A DNA stretch of 63,847 bases, the filler included, from Candidatus Woesearchaeota archaeon (GTDB taxonomy: Archaea; Nanobdellota; Nanobdellia; Woesearchaeales; GCA-2687795), in NCBI GenBank assembly GCA_030753365.1. It is 9 parts of 9 records of this genome, joined end to end, with 100 filler letters (N's around TTAATTAATTAA, not from the genome) between each part and the next. Parts side by side here need not be neighbours in the genome. Positions count along the whole stretch, not along the records: positions 1 to 19,674 come from JASMCJ010000039.1; positions 19,775 to 22,625 come from JASMCJ010000040.1; positions 22,726 to 41,299 come from JASMCJ010000041.1; 6 more parts are not named here. One strand, written 5' to 3'. Made by a program: the position numbers and the translations under genes. Below are positions 18,676 to 30,554 of the stretch, piece by piece (within the stretch, counting starts at the first letter, position 1; each line of letters opens with the position of its first letter). The notes beneath the pieces are model-generated. The model was not told where the DNA came from and searched no databases. It was given only the letters and a program-made list of their open reading frames with translations.

Positions 18676-19674
18676 ATGAAGATTGACGATTGGTTTGAGA
18701 AATATAAATTCAAATGTGGATATTTTAAAGACATAGAACGTCTTGTCAAGCTTAAGAAGGAAAAGAAACAAAAGATTTCTGTTTGCATTCCAACTCTTAA
18801 TGAAGAAGAAGGGTTAGGAAAGGTTATATCTACCATTAAAGAGTCATTAATGGACGAGTATAAGCTTATTGATGAAATAATAGTTATTGACTCTGGAAGC
18901 ACTGATAACACCAAAAATGTTGCTATTGAGCATGGAGCAAAATTTTATCTTGCTGAAGATTATCTAAAAATATACGGCAAAGCAAGGGGAAAAGGCGAAA
19001 ATCTCTGGAAATCATTATATCTTGCTGAAGGAGACATTATTTGCTGGGTTGATGCTGATATCAAGAACATCCATCCTCGTTTTGTTTATGGCTTGATTGG
19101 GCCATTGTTAACAAATGATAAGTTATATTTTACAAAAGCGTTTTATCAAAGGCCTATTAAAAAAACCGATGATATTGTTCCTTTAGGTGGAGGAAGAACA
19201 ACAGAACTATGCTTCAGGCCGCTTATAAACATGTTTTTCCCAATGTTAAGCGGATTCATCCAGCCATTAAGCGGAGAGTATGCAGGCAGAAGAAAATACT
19301 TAGAAAAACTTCCTTTTTTTACAGGCTATGGGGTAGAAACAGGTTTGTTAATAGATATCCAGAAGAAATTCGGCTTAAGAAGCATTGCGCAGGTAGATTT
19401 AATTTCTAGAACACACCGCAACCAGGATCTTACTGCTCTTAGCAAGCAAGCCTTTGGAATCATCCAGGTAATTTCAAAGAGAGCTAACACTCTCGGCAAG
19501 TTTATCCTCGTAAGAGATATCAGGCAAAAGATTAGAATTATTGAAAGAAGCAGGACTAATGGAAAAATAGAATACAAGATTAAGCCAACTAATATAACCC
19601 AAATGCAAAGACCTCCTATCATAACATTAAAGGAATACAGAAAAAAGTTTAAGAGAGAACCTTCCTGGTATTAT
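18676..19674 (+). CDS. gpgS: Glucosyl-3-phosphoglycerate synthase (GT81); runs into contig end
   Basis: IPTLNEE, DSGSTD, GKGENLWKS, DADI, GGRTTEL, QPLSGEYA, GYGVETGLL, HRNQ. Confidence 0.9.
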
Positions 19675-19774
19675 NNNNNNNNNNNNNNNNNNNNNNNNNN
19701 NNNNNNNNNNNNNNNNNNTTAATTAATTAANNNNNNNNNNNNNNNNNNNNNNNNNNNNNNNNNNNNNNNNNNNN
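19675..19774. other. Artificial contig linker; identical linkers at 22626-22725, 41300-41399, 45060-45159, 51911-52010, 55199-55298, 59029-59128, 61457-61556
   Basis: N44-TTAATTAATTAA-N44, which puts stops in all six frames. Confidence 0.98.
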
Positions 19775-19776
19775 TC

Positions 19777-22625
19777 TTTAAAGAAGACAAAGAGGAAGAA
19801 AAGAAAGAGCTCAAAAAAGAGATAAAAGAAGTAGATAAAGAGCTAAAAGAAGATATCAAAGAAAAGAAAGAAGATTTAAAAGAGATAAAAGAAGAAGAAA
19901 AGGAAATCAAAGAAATCAAACAGGACATTGAAGATAAACCTTCTCAAAAAGAGTTAAAGAAAGCAAAAAAAGATCTCAAAGAGCTAAAAGAAGACATTGA
20001 AGAAGAAAAAGATGAAGAAGATATATCCATTGACTTTAGCAAAATAAAAGGAGTTTTCAAAAACCTTGGAAAAAGCCTCAAGGAAAAAAGCAAAGAAGAA
20101 AAAGCTAAAGAAGACGAAGAAGAAATCTCTTTTGATATTGCCAAAGCAAAAACTTTCTATACTAAATACAATCGCTACATAATACCTATACTCTTCATAC
20201 TAATCGCAGGATTCCTTTCAGTCTACTTAAGGGTAATGCCCGCTTATCTCCCAATCACTGACAATTGGGCTGAAAATACAGTTTACAACAGTATAAGATC
20301 ACAGGTAAGAGGCGAAATAAACCAGCAATATCCCAACCTGCCAGATACTAACAAAAATGCTTTAGTTGAAGCAGAGTTCAAAAAAATATTAAAAAGCCAA
20401 AAAGGCCCTATACAACAACAAGTAGATAGCACTTCTCAGTTCTTTAAATCACACCTTAAAAACGAAAAAGGAACAACCTACTTATTAGCAATAGATCCTT
20501 ATTATTGGTACAGATACTCAAGAAACGTAGTTGAGAAAGGCACAACAGCAGACATAATCAAAGAAGGTAAACCTTGGGATAACCATATGCTAGCTCCTTT
20601 AGGAAGAGGAGCTGACAGCAATTTCCATATATATTTTGAAGTTTTCTTATACAAGATATCCTCCTTCTTTAACAGAGACATTGATTTAATGAAAGTTGTT
20701 TTTTATATTCCAGTTATAATATCCTTATTATCAGTCATCCCCACTTTCTTCATCGCAAGAAGAATGGGAGGGAATTTAGGCGGCTTGATTGCAGCTGTAA
20801 TGGTCGCGATCCATCCAACACTACTTGGAAGAACCGCTGGAGGATTCTCCGATACTGACGCATATAATGTATTTTTTCCCCTCTTAATAACCTGGCTATT
20901 CCTAGAAGCCTTTGAATCTAAGAATCTAAAAAATAAAATATTCCTAGCTTCTTTAACAGGTTTCTTTGTAGGATTATTTTCATTCTCCTGGATGGGTTGG
21001 TGGTATATATTTGACTTTATCATAGCATCTTTATTATTTTACATTATATACTTCACATTAGTACACAGAGACCAACTAAAAAAAGGAATTTCACACTTTA
21101 TATTTAACACTCCTCTCAAAAACACACTCCTCCTTCTAATAGTATTCATCGTAACTTCAGGCATATTCGTATCCATGTTCACTGGATTTTGGAACTTCAG
21201 AACAGCTCCAATGCAGCCTCTTACCTTTACTCAAATGAAAGTAGTAGGCGTTGCAAAAATTTGGCCAAATGTTTTAACAACAGTAGCCGAGCAAAACGAA
21301 GCCTCTCTAAACAATGCTATTAATCAGATAGGAATAGGAAAAAGGCTATTCTTCCTAATAAGCTTAATAGGAATAGTATTAATGCTTGTAAGAAAACGAA
21401 ACAAAAGGAGAAGCGACCTATGGTTCATCTCTCTTTCAAGCTTATGGTACTTCATAATCCTTGCATTTAAGCCCCAAGACCTCCACACATTCATCCCTTT
21501 AATCTGTGTGCCAATCATAGCCAAGATATTAATATCCATAAAAGAAAAAGACACGAAAATAGACATAAAACTTGCAATCATACTAATTATATGGTTCATA
21601 GCCACAATTTATGCAAGCACAAAAGGTATTAGGTTTCTGCTGTTATTCGTACCAGCATTCAGCCTGGCATTTGGTATTGCATTAGGAATTATTTATGAAT
21701 ACAGCTATAAGCTTATATCAAAAAGTCTGAATATACACCAAACCATCACAAAAATAGCACTATTACTTTTAATATTCTTCTTATTTATACTGAATCCTAT
21801 AAACGCTGCAAAATCAACAGCTAAAAGCGAAATACCATCAATGAACGATGCCTGGTACGCTTCATTAGATAAAATTAGGGTTGAATCAGAATCAGATGCC
21901 ATAGTCAACTCATGGTGGGACTTTGGCCATTGGTTCAAAGCAATAGCTGACAGAGCAGTCACTTTTGACGGCACCACACAAGACATGCCGCAAGCTCACT
22001 GGATAGGAAACACTCTCCTAACAAACAATGAAACCACTGCAATAGGCATTCTAAGGATGCTTGACTGCGGCGCAACAAATGCCTTCGAAGAGCTTGACAA
22101 ATCCATCAATGATGGAGCTAAATCAGTAAAGATATTATACGAGATAATCATCCAAGACGAGACAAGTGCCCAGGAAACACTAACCAATAAATACAGTCTT
22201 ACGCAAGAACAGGCTGCTAAAGTCATCCAAAACACTCATTGTGATCCACCAGAAAACTACTTCATAACATCAGAAGACATGATAGGCAAAAGCGGAGTAT
22301 GGGGCCACTTTGGCTCATGGAACTTTGACAGGGCAACCATCTACAACACTCTAGTCAAAAAAGAATACAAAGATAACAAGGAAAAAGGTATTCAGTTTTT
22401 AACAGAGAGATTTAATTATTCAAGAGAAGAAGCTGAAAATATATATTATGATGTCAACTCCCTCTCTTCAAATAAGGCTGTCAATGATTGGATAGCGCCT
22501 TGGCCATCCTATGCATCAGGTTTAAGCGGCTGCTCAAAACAAGACAATGAAACATTATCATGTTCATTTGGTCAGGGAAACGTCATTGTCAACCTCACCA
22601 CCTATGAAGCATTTATACCAACACC
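19777..22625 (+). CDS. aglB: Oligosaccharyltransferase AglB/STT3, truncated at both ends, with K/E-rich N-terminal extension
   Basis: DPYYW, GGFSDTD, TVAE, WWDFG, DMIGK; many TM helices; frame open from 19777 to the ATG at 20236. Confidence 0.93.
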
Positions 22626-22725
22626 NNNNNNNNNNNNNNNNNNNNNNNNNNNNNNNNNNNNNNNNNNNNTTAATTAATTAANNNNNNNNNNNNNNNNNNN
22701 NNNNNNNNNNNNNNNNNNNNNNNNN

Positions 22726-23783
22726 CTTTCAGCAGTCTCCACATCAAAAGTTATAAGACTTTCCAGCCTCTCTAAATGTAAAAATTTCTTTTCAGGCAGA
22801 ACAGTAAATAAATAACGCAATATTTCTATACCTCCTTTGACCCCTATAATATCTAAAAAGTGCGCAACCCTATTTAACGATAGCTTGCCGTCCTCTTCAA
22901 TAAGAGTCTTCTTAAGCATATCTCCCTGTGACCATCCTTTCTTGGAATAAGCCTTCCTTCCTTCATAGCCTATGTCACATATGCTTGCTCCCATCCTGCC
23001 TTTATTTATAATCTTATAAAGATTCATCAGCCAGGGATTGCCTTCCTTTGAAGGAATCCCAATTCTCCCATTAGAATCCTCAAAATCATCATATTTTAAC
23101 GCATCATCAAGAGACTCTAAAAGTATCATCTTTCTGGCAGCTTTCACATCATCTACTCTATACCTAACAGCCCAATGATAATTCCTTGGGAAATGTTGTC
23201 CCGTCAACCCTAATGTATTAAACTCCACAACAAGCTCATGATCTTTAACATCCTTATCATACCTGAATGCCTTTGTATTAATAACCGGCAAATCTCCAGG
23301 CAGCAGAAGGCAAACATCATCAGGTTCTGGTTGAAGACTAGCCATAGCTCTCTTCATAGTATTAGAATAAGAGCATTCTTCCAAAGGTCCTTCATCAACA
23401 AACTCCACCCTTTGATTCTTATTCACACCAAAAAACTCAGAAAACATCTCAGACATCTCTCCAGTATCCTTATATCCAACAACAGAAACATCTTCAAATC
23501 CAGCCTTATAAACATCATACAAAGGAAACGCAAAAAGCGGAACACTATACTTTCTCCCATCACTACCAACTACAAACAAAGGAACATTAAACTTCAAAAA
23601 AAACGGCTCATCCTCATCCCTAAGAAGAAGATAATTAGGCTCTTTCCCTGACTTTCTCTCATTCTCTATCTGCGTATCTATCGTTTCCTGTCGATTCTCT
23701 GTATTATTATAACTGCATGTAAGCACAACCTTCCCCACAGGAAACCTGTTACTTCCTTTAGTTTGGTATTTATCTATTTCCAC
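22726..23783 (-). CDS. Hypothetical protein, possible nucleotide-diphospho-sugar transferase fold; 3'-truncated
   Basis: AGFEDVSVVG and LLPGDLP resemble MobA/NTP-transferase elements; weak. Confidence 0.4.
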
Positions 23784-23936
23784 ATACCTCGAGAACAGAA
23801 GTTCACTTAAATATTTTTCTCTTGTTAAATAGAATAAAATAGGCTCTTGAGCCTCTTATAAAGAAAATACAACCTATATTTCTTTGTTCCATAAACTTTA
23901 TAAAACAACCCTTCTTACCTCATTTTGGGGTAAATC

Positions 23937-26465
23937 ATGGTCAACAAAGAACTAAGATTTAAAGTAGCAGAAGCAATTCAGGATGATGTAAACAAAGGCA
24001 TAGTCAGGGTAGACTCCAACTTCATGAGAACCATTGGTGTAAAGCCAGGCGACATTGTAGAAATAGAAGGAGAAAGAAAAACTGTAGGCATAGTTGACCG
24101 GGCCTACCCAGGAGATATCGGGTTAAACATAATAAGACTAGACGGTATCATGCGAAGAAACGCAAAAACAGGCATAGGCGAACTTGTCGCTGTAAAAAAA
24201 GCAGACATCAAAGAAGCCAAAAAAATAGTAATAGCACCCGCAAAAAAAGGCATGGTAATACGAGCTCCTCCTGACATGATAAAACAAGGCCTTCTTGGAA
24301 GAGCGCTTGCAACAGGAGACATTATTTCACTAGGCGGAACTGGCAGGAGAAGAAGAACCATGTCAGACTCTCCTCTCTTTGACGACATCTTCTCTGTCTT
24401 TGATGAAAGCATGATGGGCTTTGGCTTTGGCGACATAAAATTCATTGTAGTCTCAACACTCCCTAAAGAATCTGTAATCGTTTCAGACTTAACAGAAGTA
24501 GAATTCAATCCTGAAGCCGTTGAAGTAGAAGAAGAAAAAACCTTTGATGTAACTTATGAAGACATCGGCGGCTTGGAAACAGAAATAAAAAAAATAAGGG
24601 AAATGGTAGAACTGCCCTTAAAACATCCTGAAGTCTTTGAACGGCTAGGCATACAACCCCCAAAAGGCGTACTATTACATGGTCCTCCCGGCACAGGCAA
24701 GACTCTACTAGCAAAAGCTGTAGCAAACGAAACCAACTCGCACTTTATACTAATAAACGGTCCTGAAGTCATGAGCAAATGGTATGGTCAGTCAGAAAAA
24801 AACATAAAAGAAAAATTTGATGAAGCAGAAAAAAATGCCCCTTCCATCATCTTCATAGATGAAATAGATGCAATCGCTCCAGGAAGAGAAGAAGTCCATG
24901 GCGAAGTAGAAAGAAGAGTAGTAGCCCAGTTATTAGCAATGATGGATGGCCTAAAAAGCAGGGGCAAAGTAGTAGTAATTGCTGCCACAAACATACCTAA
25001 CGTAATAGATCCAGCTTTAAGAAGGCCTGGCAGATTCGACAGAGAAATAGAAATAGGAGTCCCTGGCAAAAAAGGCAGGCTCAATGTGCTTAAAATTCAT
25101 ACAAGAAACATGCCTCTTGCCAAGGATGTCAATCTAAAAGAAATCGCTAACATAACTCATGGATTCGTAGGGGCAGACCTAGCAGCCTTATGTAAGGAAG
25201 CAGCAATGATTGTATTAAGAAAAGTGCTACCTGACCTAAAGCTGGAAGAAGAAGAAGCAATCCCTAAAGAACTATTAGAAAAGTTAAGAATCACCAGAAA
25301 TGATTTCAATAATGCCCTCAAAATTGTAAGGCCCTCAGCAATGAGAGAAGTCTTAGTAGAAGTTCCAAATGTAAAATGGGACAATGTTGGCGGCTTGGAA
25401 GAAGTAAAGCAGGATTTAAAAGAAGCAGTAGAATGGCCTCTCAAATACCCTGACTCATTCAAAAACTTAGGAGTAAAACCCCCTAAAGGAATACTCCTTT
25501 ATGGTCCTCCTGGCACAGGCAAGACAATGCTTGCAAAAGCTGTTGCAAACGAGTCAGAAGCCAACTTCATCTCAGTCAAAGGCCCTGAGGTACTCTCAAA
25601 GTGGGTCAATGAAACGCCTAAACTAGTAAGAAAACTATTCAAAAAAGCAAGGCAAGTCAGCCCCACTATAGTCTTCATAGATGAAATAGACTCCATTGCA
25701 AACAGAAGAGACATTGGCACTAGCTCGCACCATGGCGGGATGAGCGCAGTAGAAGCTCTGCTAACAGAAATGAACGGTCTGGAAGACATAAACGACGTAG
25801 TGATCATAGGTGCAACCAACAGGCCTGACATCCTTGACCCAGCCATACTAAGACCCGGCAGATTTGACAGAATAATCTTAACGCCAGCTCCAGATGAAAA
25901 AACAAGGCAGGAAATATTTAAAGTGCACACCACCAACATACCTTTAATGAATAAAACCCTATCAACTCAGCTAAGAGAAACCATTAAAGGTCTTTCAACA
26001 AAAATATTTGAAAAACATTTATCAGGCCTATCAACAGATGTCAAGAAAAACGGGGAAGAAATCGAATTATTAAAAGCATACAAAACTATCATCAAATCCA
26101 TCATCATTCAGGAAAACAATAAACCTGAAACAAACAATAAAAAAGATTATGACTTTAGTAAACTAATTCCTTTACTAAAAGAAATAAATGATGAGAAGCA
26201 GTCAGTCATAAAAGACTTATCCAAAAAAACTGATGGTTACACTGGCTCAGACATAGAATCAATCTGCCGTGAAGCAGCCATAATCACTTTAAGAAAAGAC
26301 ATAAAATCAAAAGAAGTCATAAAAAATGATTTCAGTGAAGCCTTAAAAAAGGTAAAGCCATCCGTCACAAAAGAAATAGCAAAATCCTATGAAGAACTAC
26401 GGGACTTCTTCAAGCAGGCAAGAGCAAACCAAATGAAAGAAGAAAAGCCAAGTTATATGGGTTAA
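23937..26465 (+). CDS. cdc48: CDC48/VCP family AAA+ ATPase
   Basis: Double-psi N domain; two GPPGTGKT Walker A and IDEID Walker B; RPGRFD; C-terminal YMG. Confidence 0.97.
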   Translation: MVNKELRFKVAEAIQDDVNKGIVRVDSNFMRTIGVKPGDIVEIEGERKTVGIVDRAYPGDIGLNIIRLDGIMRRNAKTGIGELVAVKKADIKEAKKIVIAPAKKGMVIRAPPDMIKQGLLGRALATGDIISLGGTGRRRRTMSDSPLFDDIFSVFDESMMGFGFGDIKFIVVSTLPKESVIVSDLTEVEFNPEAVEVEEEKTFDVTYEDIGGLETEIKKIREMVELPLKHPEVFERLGIQPPKGVLLHGPPGTGKTLLAKAVANETNSHFILINGPEVMSKWYGQSEKNIKEKFDEAEKNAPSIIFIDEIDAIAPGREEVHGEVERRVVAQLLAMMDGLKSRGKVVVIAATNIPNVIDPALRRPGRFDREIEIGVPGKKGRLNVLKIHTRNMPLAKDVNLKEIANITHGFVGADLAALCKEAAMIVLRKVLPDLKLEEEEAIPKELLEKLRITRNDFNNALKIVRPSAMREVLVEVPNVKWDNVGGLEEVKQDLKEAVEWPLKYPDSFKNLGVKPPKGILLYGPPGTGKTMLAKAVANESEANFISVKGPEVLSKWVNETPKLVRKLFKKARQVSPTIVFIDEIDSIANRRDIGTSSHHGGMSAVEALLTEMNGLEDINDVVIIGATNRPDILDPAILRPGRFDRIILTPAPDEKTRQEIFKVHTTNIPLMNKTLSTQLRETIKGLSTKIFEKHLSGLSTDVKKNGEEIELLKAYKTIIKSIIIQENNKPETNNKKDYDFSKLIPLLKEINDEKQSVIKDLSKKTDGYTGSDIESICREAAIITLRKDIKSKEVIKNDFSEALKKVKPSVTKEIAKSYEELRDFFKQARANQMKEEKPSYMG

Positions 26466-26467
26466 AT

Positions 26468-27772
26468 CTAAACTCCTCTTCCAACACCAATATAATTAAA
26501 CCCTGCCTCTTTAATATCCTTTGGTTCATAAACATTCCTTCCATCAATAATATTAGGACTCTTCATCAAACCTTTCATCTTCTCCTTATCAAGATCTCTA
26601 AACTCATTCCATTCAGTCGCAATAACAAGCGCATCCGTATCCTTAAGCGTATCATAAGGGTCCTTTGCAAACTCCACATTCTTCACCAACTCTCTTGCAG
26701 TCTTCTCCGCTTCAGGATCAAAAGCAACAACCTCAGCCCCTTCATTCTGAAGCTGTTCAATAATCACCAAAGAAGGTGCTTCCCTCATATCATCAGTCTT
26801 AGGCTTAAAAGCAAGCCCCCACAAAGCAATCTTCTTTCCTTTAAGATCAGGAACAAGCTTCTTAATCTTAGGTAGCAAAGACTTCTTCTGCTCATGATTA
26901 ACCTTTTCAACAGCATCAAGCACCAGGCTATTAACCCCATGAGACTTCATAGTCTCATAAAGCGCATTAACATCCTTTGGAAAACAGCTCCCACCATAGC
27001 CAATACCAGCCTGCAAAAACATAGGCCCAATTCTCCTATCAAGACCCATACCCTTAGCAACCATCTTAACATCAGCCCCTGCCTTCTCGCAAAGCTGCGC
27101 AATCTCATTCATAAACGAGATCCTTGTAGCTAGCATCGCATTGCTAGCATACTTAATCATCTCAGCGCTCCTAACATCAGTAAAAAGAATAGGCTTATCA
27201 GTCCTCACAATGCCCTTATAAATATCTTCCATAACCTCTTTAGCTCTATCAGACTCAGTACCAATAACAATTCTGTCAGGGCATGTAAAATCATTAACCG
27301 CCTCTCCCTCTTTAAGAAACTCCGGATTAGAAACCACATCAAACTCTATCGGACTCTCTTGATTCTCTTTAATAGTCTCAGCCACAATATCAGCAGTCCC
27401 TACTGGAACAGTACTCTTATCAATAACAACAAGATAATCCTTCATATATTTGCCAACAGAAGCAGCAACCTGCTTAACAAAAGTAAGATCTGCTTCATGA
27501 TTCTTTCCAGGGGGAGTGCCCACAGCAATAAAAATAGCTTTTGACTTTTCAACAGCGCTCTTAACATCAGTAGTAAAACTAATTCTTCCTTCCTTTCTAT
27601 TCCTATCTAACATATCCTTCAAGCCAGGCTCATATATAGGAACTCCGCCTTCATTCAGATATTTTATCTTCTCTTCATTAACATCAACGCAAATAACTTC
27701 ATTGCCCATATCTGCAAGGCACGTACCTGCAACTAATCCTACATATCCTGTACCCATAATTGAAATATTCAT
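26468..27772 (-). CDS. ugd: UDP-glucose/GDP-mannose dehydrogenase
   Basis: GTGYVG, PIYEPGL, SNPEFL, GYGGSCFPKD, FKPKTDDMRE. Confidence 0.95.
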   Translation of the reverse strand: MNISIMGTGYVGLVAGTCLADMGNEVICVDVNEEKIKYLNEGGVPIYEPGLKDMLDRNRKEGRISFTTDVKSAVEKSKAIFIAVGTPPGKNHEADLTFVKQVAASVGKYMKDYLVVIDKSTVPVGTADIVAETIKENQESPIEFDVVSNPEFLKEGEAVNDFTCPDRIVIGTESDRAKEVMEDIYKGIVRTDKPILFTDVRSAEMIKYASNAMLATRISFMNEIAQLCEKAGADVKMVAKGMGLDRRIGPMFLQAGIGYGGSCFPKDVNALYETMKSHGVNSLVLDAVEKVNHEQKKSLLPKIKKLVPDLKGKKIALWGLAFKPKTDDMREAPSLVIIEQLQNEGAEVVAFDPEAEKTARELVKNVEFAKDPYDTLKDTDALVIATEWNEFRDLDKEKMKGLMKSPNIIDGRNVYEPKDIKEAGFNYIGVGRGV

Positions 27773-27848
27773 GTCATATCACCTAACTAACCGAAAAAGC
27801 CTTTTCATTTAAATATCTTACCCTTATCCTACTTTATGGGACAGAAAT

Positions 27849-28973
27849 CTAGTGCAACACAAAAATCACAAAACTAGGTAGAATATAAAACGCAGAAGCA
27901 ACATACACAAAAGGCACAACCCTATACCTAAAAGACAAATGGGCAATCCACTTTGACAATCCCAAAGGAATCTTTCTAAACGGATAAACAATAGCAGCTC
28001 CAAACGTATTAAACAAAATATGAACAAACGCAACAGCAATCCCTGCTGGAGAACCAGTAACCAAAGAAGCCAATAAAGCTGTAAACGTTGTGCCAACATT
28101 AGCTCCTAAAACAAATGGAAACAATCTTTCAAGAGTCAGAATACCCACCGCAGCCAACGGCACCAACAAAGAAGTAGTAACCGAGCTGCTCTGTACAACA
28201 ATAGTCAGTATCAACCCAAAAGAAAAGCTCCTTAACGGCGTCTTGAATACATGTTCCTCCAGCAATACTTTAAACTTAGACTCTGCTAACGGCTTAATTA
28301 TATCCACAAAATACTTCAATGAAAAAAACAACAAAATCAATGAAACAATCAATACAACAATAGCATTATTCAACAAGCTCACCTGAATAAAACTTGCAAC
28401 AGGCTTAATAATATAACTCAACGGGCTTGTAAACTGAAGATGCATATTAGAGCCTACAAAAAATTGTGTCATAAACAATGCAACTTTTTCTAAAATATGA
28501 AAATAAACCTCTAAAGGCAATAAAACAAGCACAACAATAAAATTAAAAAAATCATGAACAGTAGCAACTTCAAACGCTTTTCTAAACTCCTCTTTCCTTG
28601 TAATATGCGCCAATGAAACCATCAGGCTTGTAATGCTAGTGCCAATATTAGCTCCCATAATAATCGGAATTGCATTCGTTATTGTCAAGGCACCGCTAGC
28701 TGCCAATCCAACAATAATAGAAGTAGTAACCGAACTACTCTGTACTATAGAAGTTGCCAATATGCCAATAAAAAGTCCCACCAAAGGATTCGTAGTAAAA
28801 GGAATAATACTCTCTGCAAACCCTCTGCCAAACATCTTAAACGAGCCGCTCATCAACTGTATGCTCAACAGAAAAACGTATAATATAATACCCAACAAAG
28901 CAACTCTTTTTGCAACATCCTTTTTTCTTATCCTATCTTTTCTAACATCTCTTTTCCCCATACCCTGCTTCAA
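27849..28973 (-). CDS. Na+/phosphate cotransporter (SLC34/NptA family)
   Basis: Two QSSSVTTS repeats and two GAN(I/V)GT motifs. Confidence 0.92.
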   Translation of the reverse strand: MKQGMGKRDVRKDRIRKKDVAKRVALLGIILYVFLLSIQLMSGSFKMFGRGFAESIIPFTTNPLVGLFIGILATSIVQSSSVTTSIIVGLAASGALTITNAIPIIMGANIGTSITSLMVSLAHITRKEEFRKAFEVATVHDFFNFIVVLVLLPLEVYFHILEKVALFMTQFFVGSNMHLQFTSPLSYIIKPVASFIQVSLLNNAIVVLIVSLILLFFSLKYFVDIIKPLAESKFKVLLEEHVFKTPLRSFSFGLILTIVVQSSSVTTSLLVPLAAVGILTLERLFPFVLGANVGTTFTALLASLVTGSPAGIAVAFVHILFNTFGAAIVYPFRKIPLGLSKWIAHLSFRYRVVPFVYVASAFYILPSFVIFVLH

Positions 28974-29017
28974 ATTTACTTATTTATAAAGGTTGTGTTC
29001 TCGAATATCATACAATT

Positions 29018-30232
29018 TTACTTCCAAAGAAAAACCCTATCATTCTTCCTGACAACCTTCTCAACCTTAACCGCAACACTCTTACCTTTCCCAGCAGCCT
29101 TCACAGGTCTATGATTGATTTCAATAGAACCAACAGTCTGTTCAACAACACCAGTAGTATCCCCTATAATAATAACAGTATCTCCTAATTTAACCTCATT
29201 AGTATTAATCTTAATCTCAGCAACTCCAACCTTCCTATAATAATTCTTTACAACACCGAGATTAACCTTCCTCTTCTCAGCCTTAGAACCATAATCATCA
29301 GTAAACTCATTAATAGGCTTCCCCAAAAAGAATCCTGAAGAAAACCCTCTGTTATAAACCTCATGCAACTTCTTCATCTTTCCTTTAACAAACTCCTTAC
29401 TAAACTTCCCACTGCGTATAGCATCAACCGCATCCCTATAAGCCTTAACAACAACCCCAACATACTCAGGATTCCTCGCTCTGCCCTCAATCTTCAACAC
29501 ATCAACAAAAGGAAGAATCTTATCCAAAAAAGGCAATGTACATAAATCCTTAGGACTCATCACATAATCATTCCCAAGCACAAGCTCCTTATCCTCCTCT
29601 TTATCCTTCAAAAGATACTTATCATAGCTTCTCCTGCAAGGCTGTATGCAATCTCCTCTATTAGCAGACCTTCCATAAAGAAACTGTGAAATAAAACATC
29701 TCCCTGAAACAGAAACGCACATAGCTCCATGCGCAAAAACCTCAATCTTCATCCTTGTACTCTTCTTAATCTCTCTAATTTGCTCCAATGTACACTCCCT
29801 AGCCAACACGCACCTCCTAGCCCCTAGCTTATAATAAAAGTTAGCAGCCTCAGAATTAGAAACACTAGCCTGCGTACTAACATGAATCTCCAGTCCCAAC
29901 CTTTTAGCCTCTTTCAGTACAACAAAATCCCAGCAGATAACAGCATCAATCCCAGCCATTTTAGCTTTCTTAAGCAGATTCTTAACCTTACCAATCTCAT
30001 TCTCATAAACAATCGTATTAACAGTAAGATAAACCTTAATCTTATTCTCATGGCAATACTCAACTATCCTGCCCAATTCAGAAACCTTAAAATTCCTTGC
30101 AGTAGCTCTCATATTAAACCCCTGCACACCAAAGTACACAGCATCAGCTCCCGCATCAACAGCTGCTCTCAGCATAGCCCAATTACCTGCAGGTGCAAGG
30201 ATTTCAATCTTATTTTTATTATTTACAGTCAT
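29018..30232 (-). CDS. U32 family protein (TrhP-like RNA hydroxylation)
   Basis: EILAPAG, GADAVY, HVSTQ, HGAMCVSVSGRC, NRGDCIQPCR, LKIEGR; C-terminal beta-barrel. Confidence 0.9.
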   Translation of the reverse strand: MTVNNKNKIEILAPAGNWAMLRAAVDAGADAVYFGVQGFNMRATARNFKVSELGRIVEYCHENKIKVYLTVNTIVYENEIGKVKNLLKKAKMAGIDAVICWDFVVLKEAKRLGLEIHVSTQASVSNSEAANFYYKLGARRCVLARECTLEQIREIKKSTRMKIEVFAHGAMCVSVSGRCFISQFLYGRSANRGDCIQPCRRSYDKYLLKDKEEDKELVLGNDYVMSPKDLCTLPFLDKILPFVDVLKIEGRARNPEYVGVVVKAYRDAVDAIRSGKFSKEFVKGKMKKLHEVYNRGFSSGFFLGKPINEFTDDYGSKAEKRKVNLGVVKNYYRKVGVAEIKINTNEVKLGDTVIIIGDTTGVVEQTVGSIEINHRPVKAAGKGKSVAVKVEKVVRKNDRVFLWK

Positions 30233-30263
30233 ATCTTACCAATATCAGAAAGAGTATAAAAAC

Positions 30264-30527
30264 CTAACCATCAAAAATCTGCTTTGAATGATACCTATGC
30301 CTGCTAAGCCTATATCCTGTAACCCAAAGGCTCAACCCCACAATAATCAAAATCACATTACCAGTAGTCTGTGACACCTTAATCCCCCATGAAATCTTAC
30401 CATACATTGAAAGCAGGTTATATCCTCCCAAAGCAATAGCTATCAATCCAATAACAAAATTCAAAGGAATACTAAACCCTTTCTCACTCTTCACTTTAGG
30501 AATATTTTTCTTTGCCATGTACATCAC
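30264..30527 (-). CDS. Small two-TM membrane protein
   Basis: Two hydrophobic segments; co-oriented within a gene run. Confidence 0.65.
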   Translation of the reverse strand: MMYMAKKNIPKVKSEKGFSIPLNFVIGLIAIALGGYNLLSMYGKISWGIKVSQTTGNVILIIVGLSLWVTGYRLSRHRYHSKQIFDG

Positions 30528-30554
30528 TACAATTATTAGACTATATAAACATTT

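Noticed and set aside
19675..19774. TTAATTAATTAA repeated eight times as a biological repeat
   Set aside because: Always centred in identical N runs; it is a concatenation linker, and ORF ends within it are artefacts
24104..25939. Long antisense ORFs over cdc48 and other genes
   Set aside because: Shadows of strongly biased coding strands with no recognisable motifs
25947..26204. Intein in CDC48
   Set aside because: No N-terminal Cys/Ser with C-terminal His-Asn, and too short
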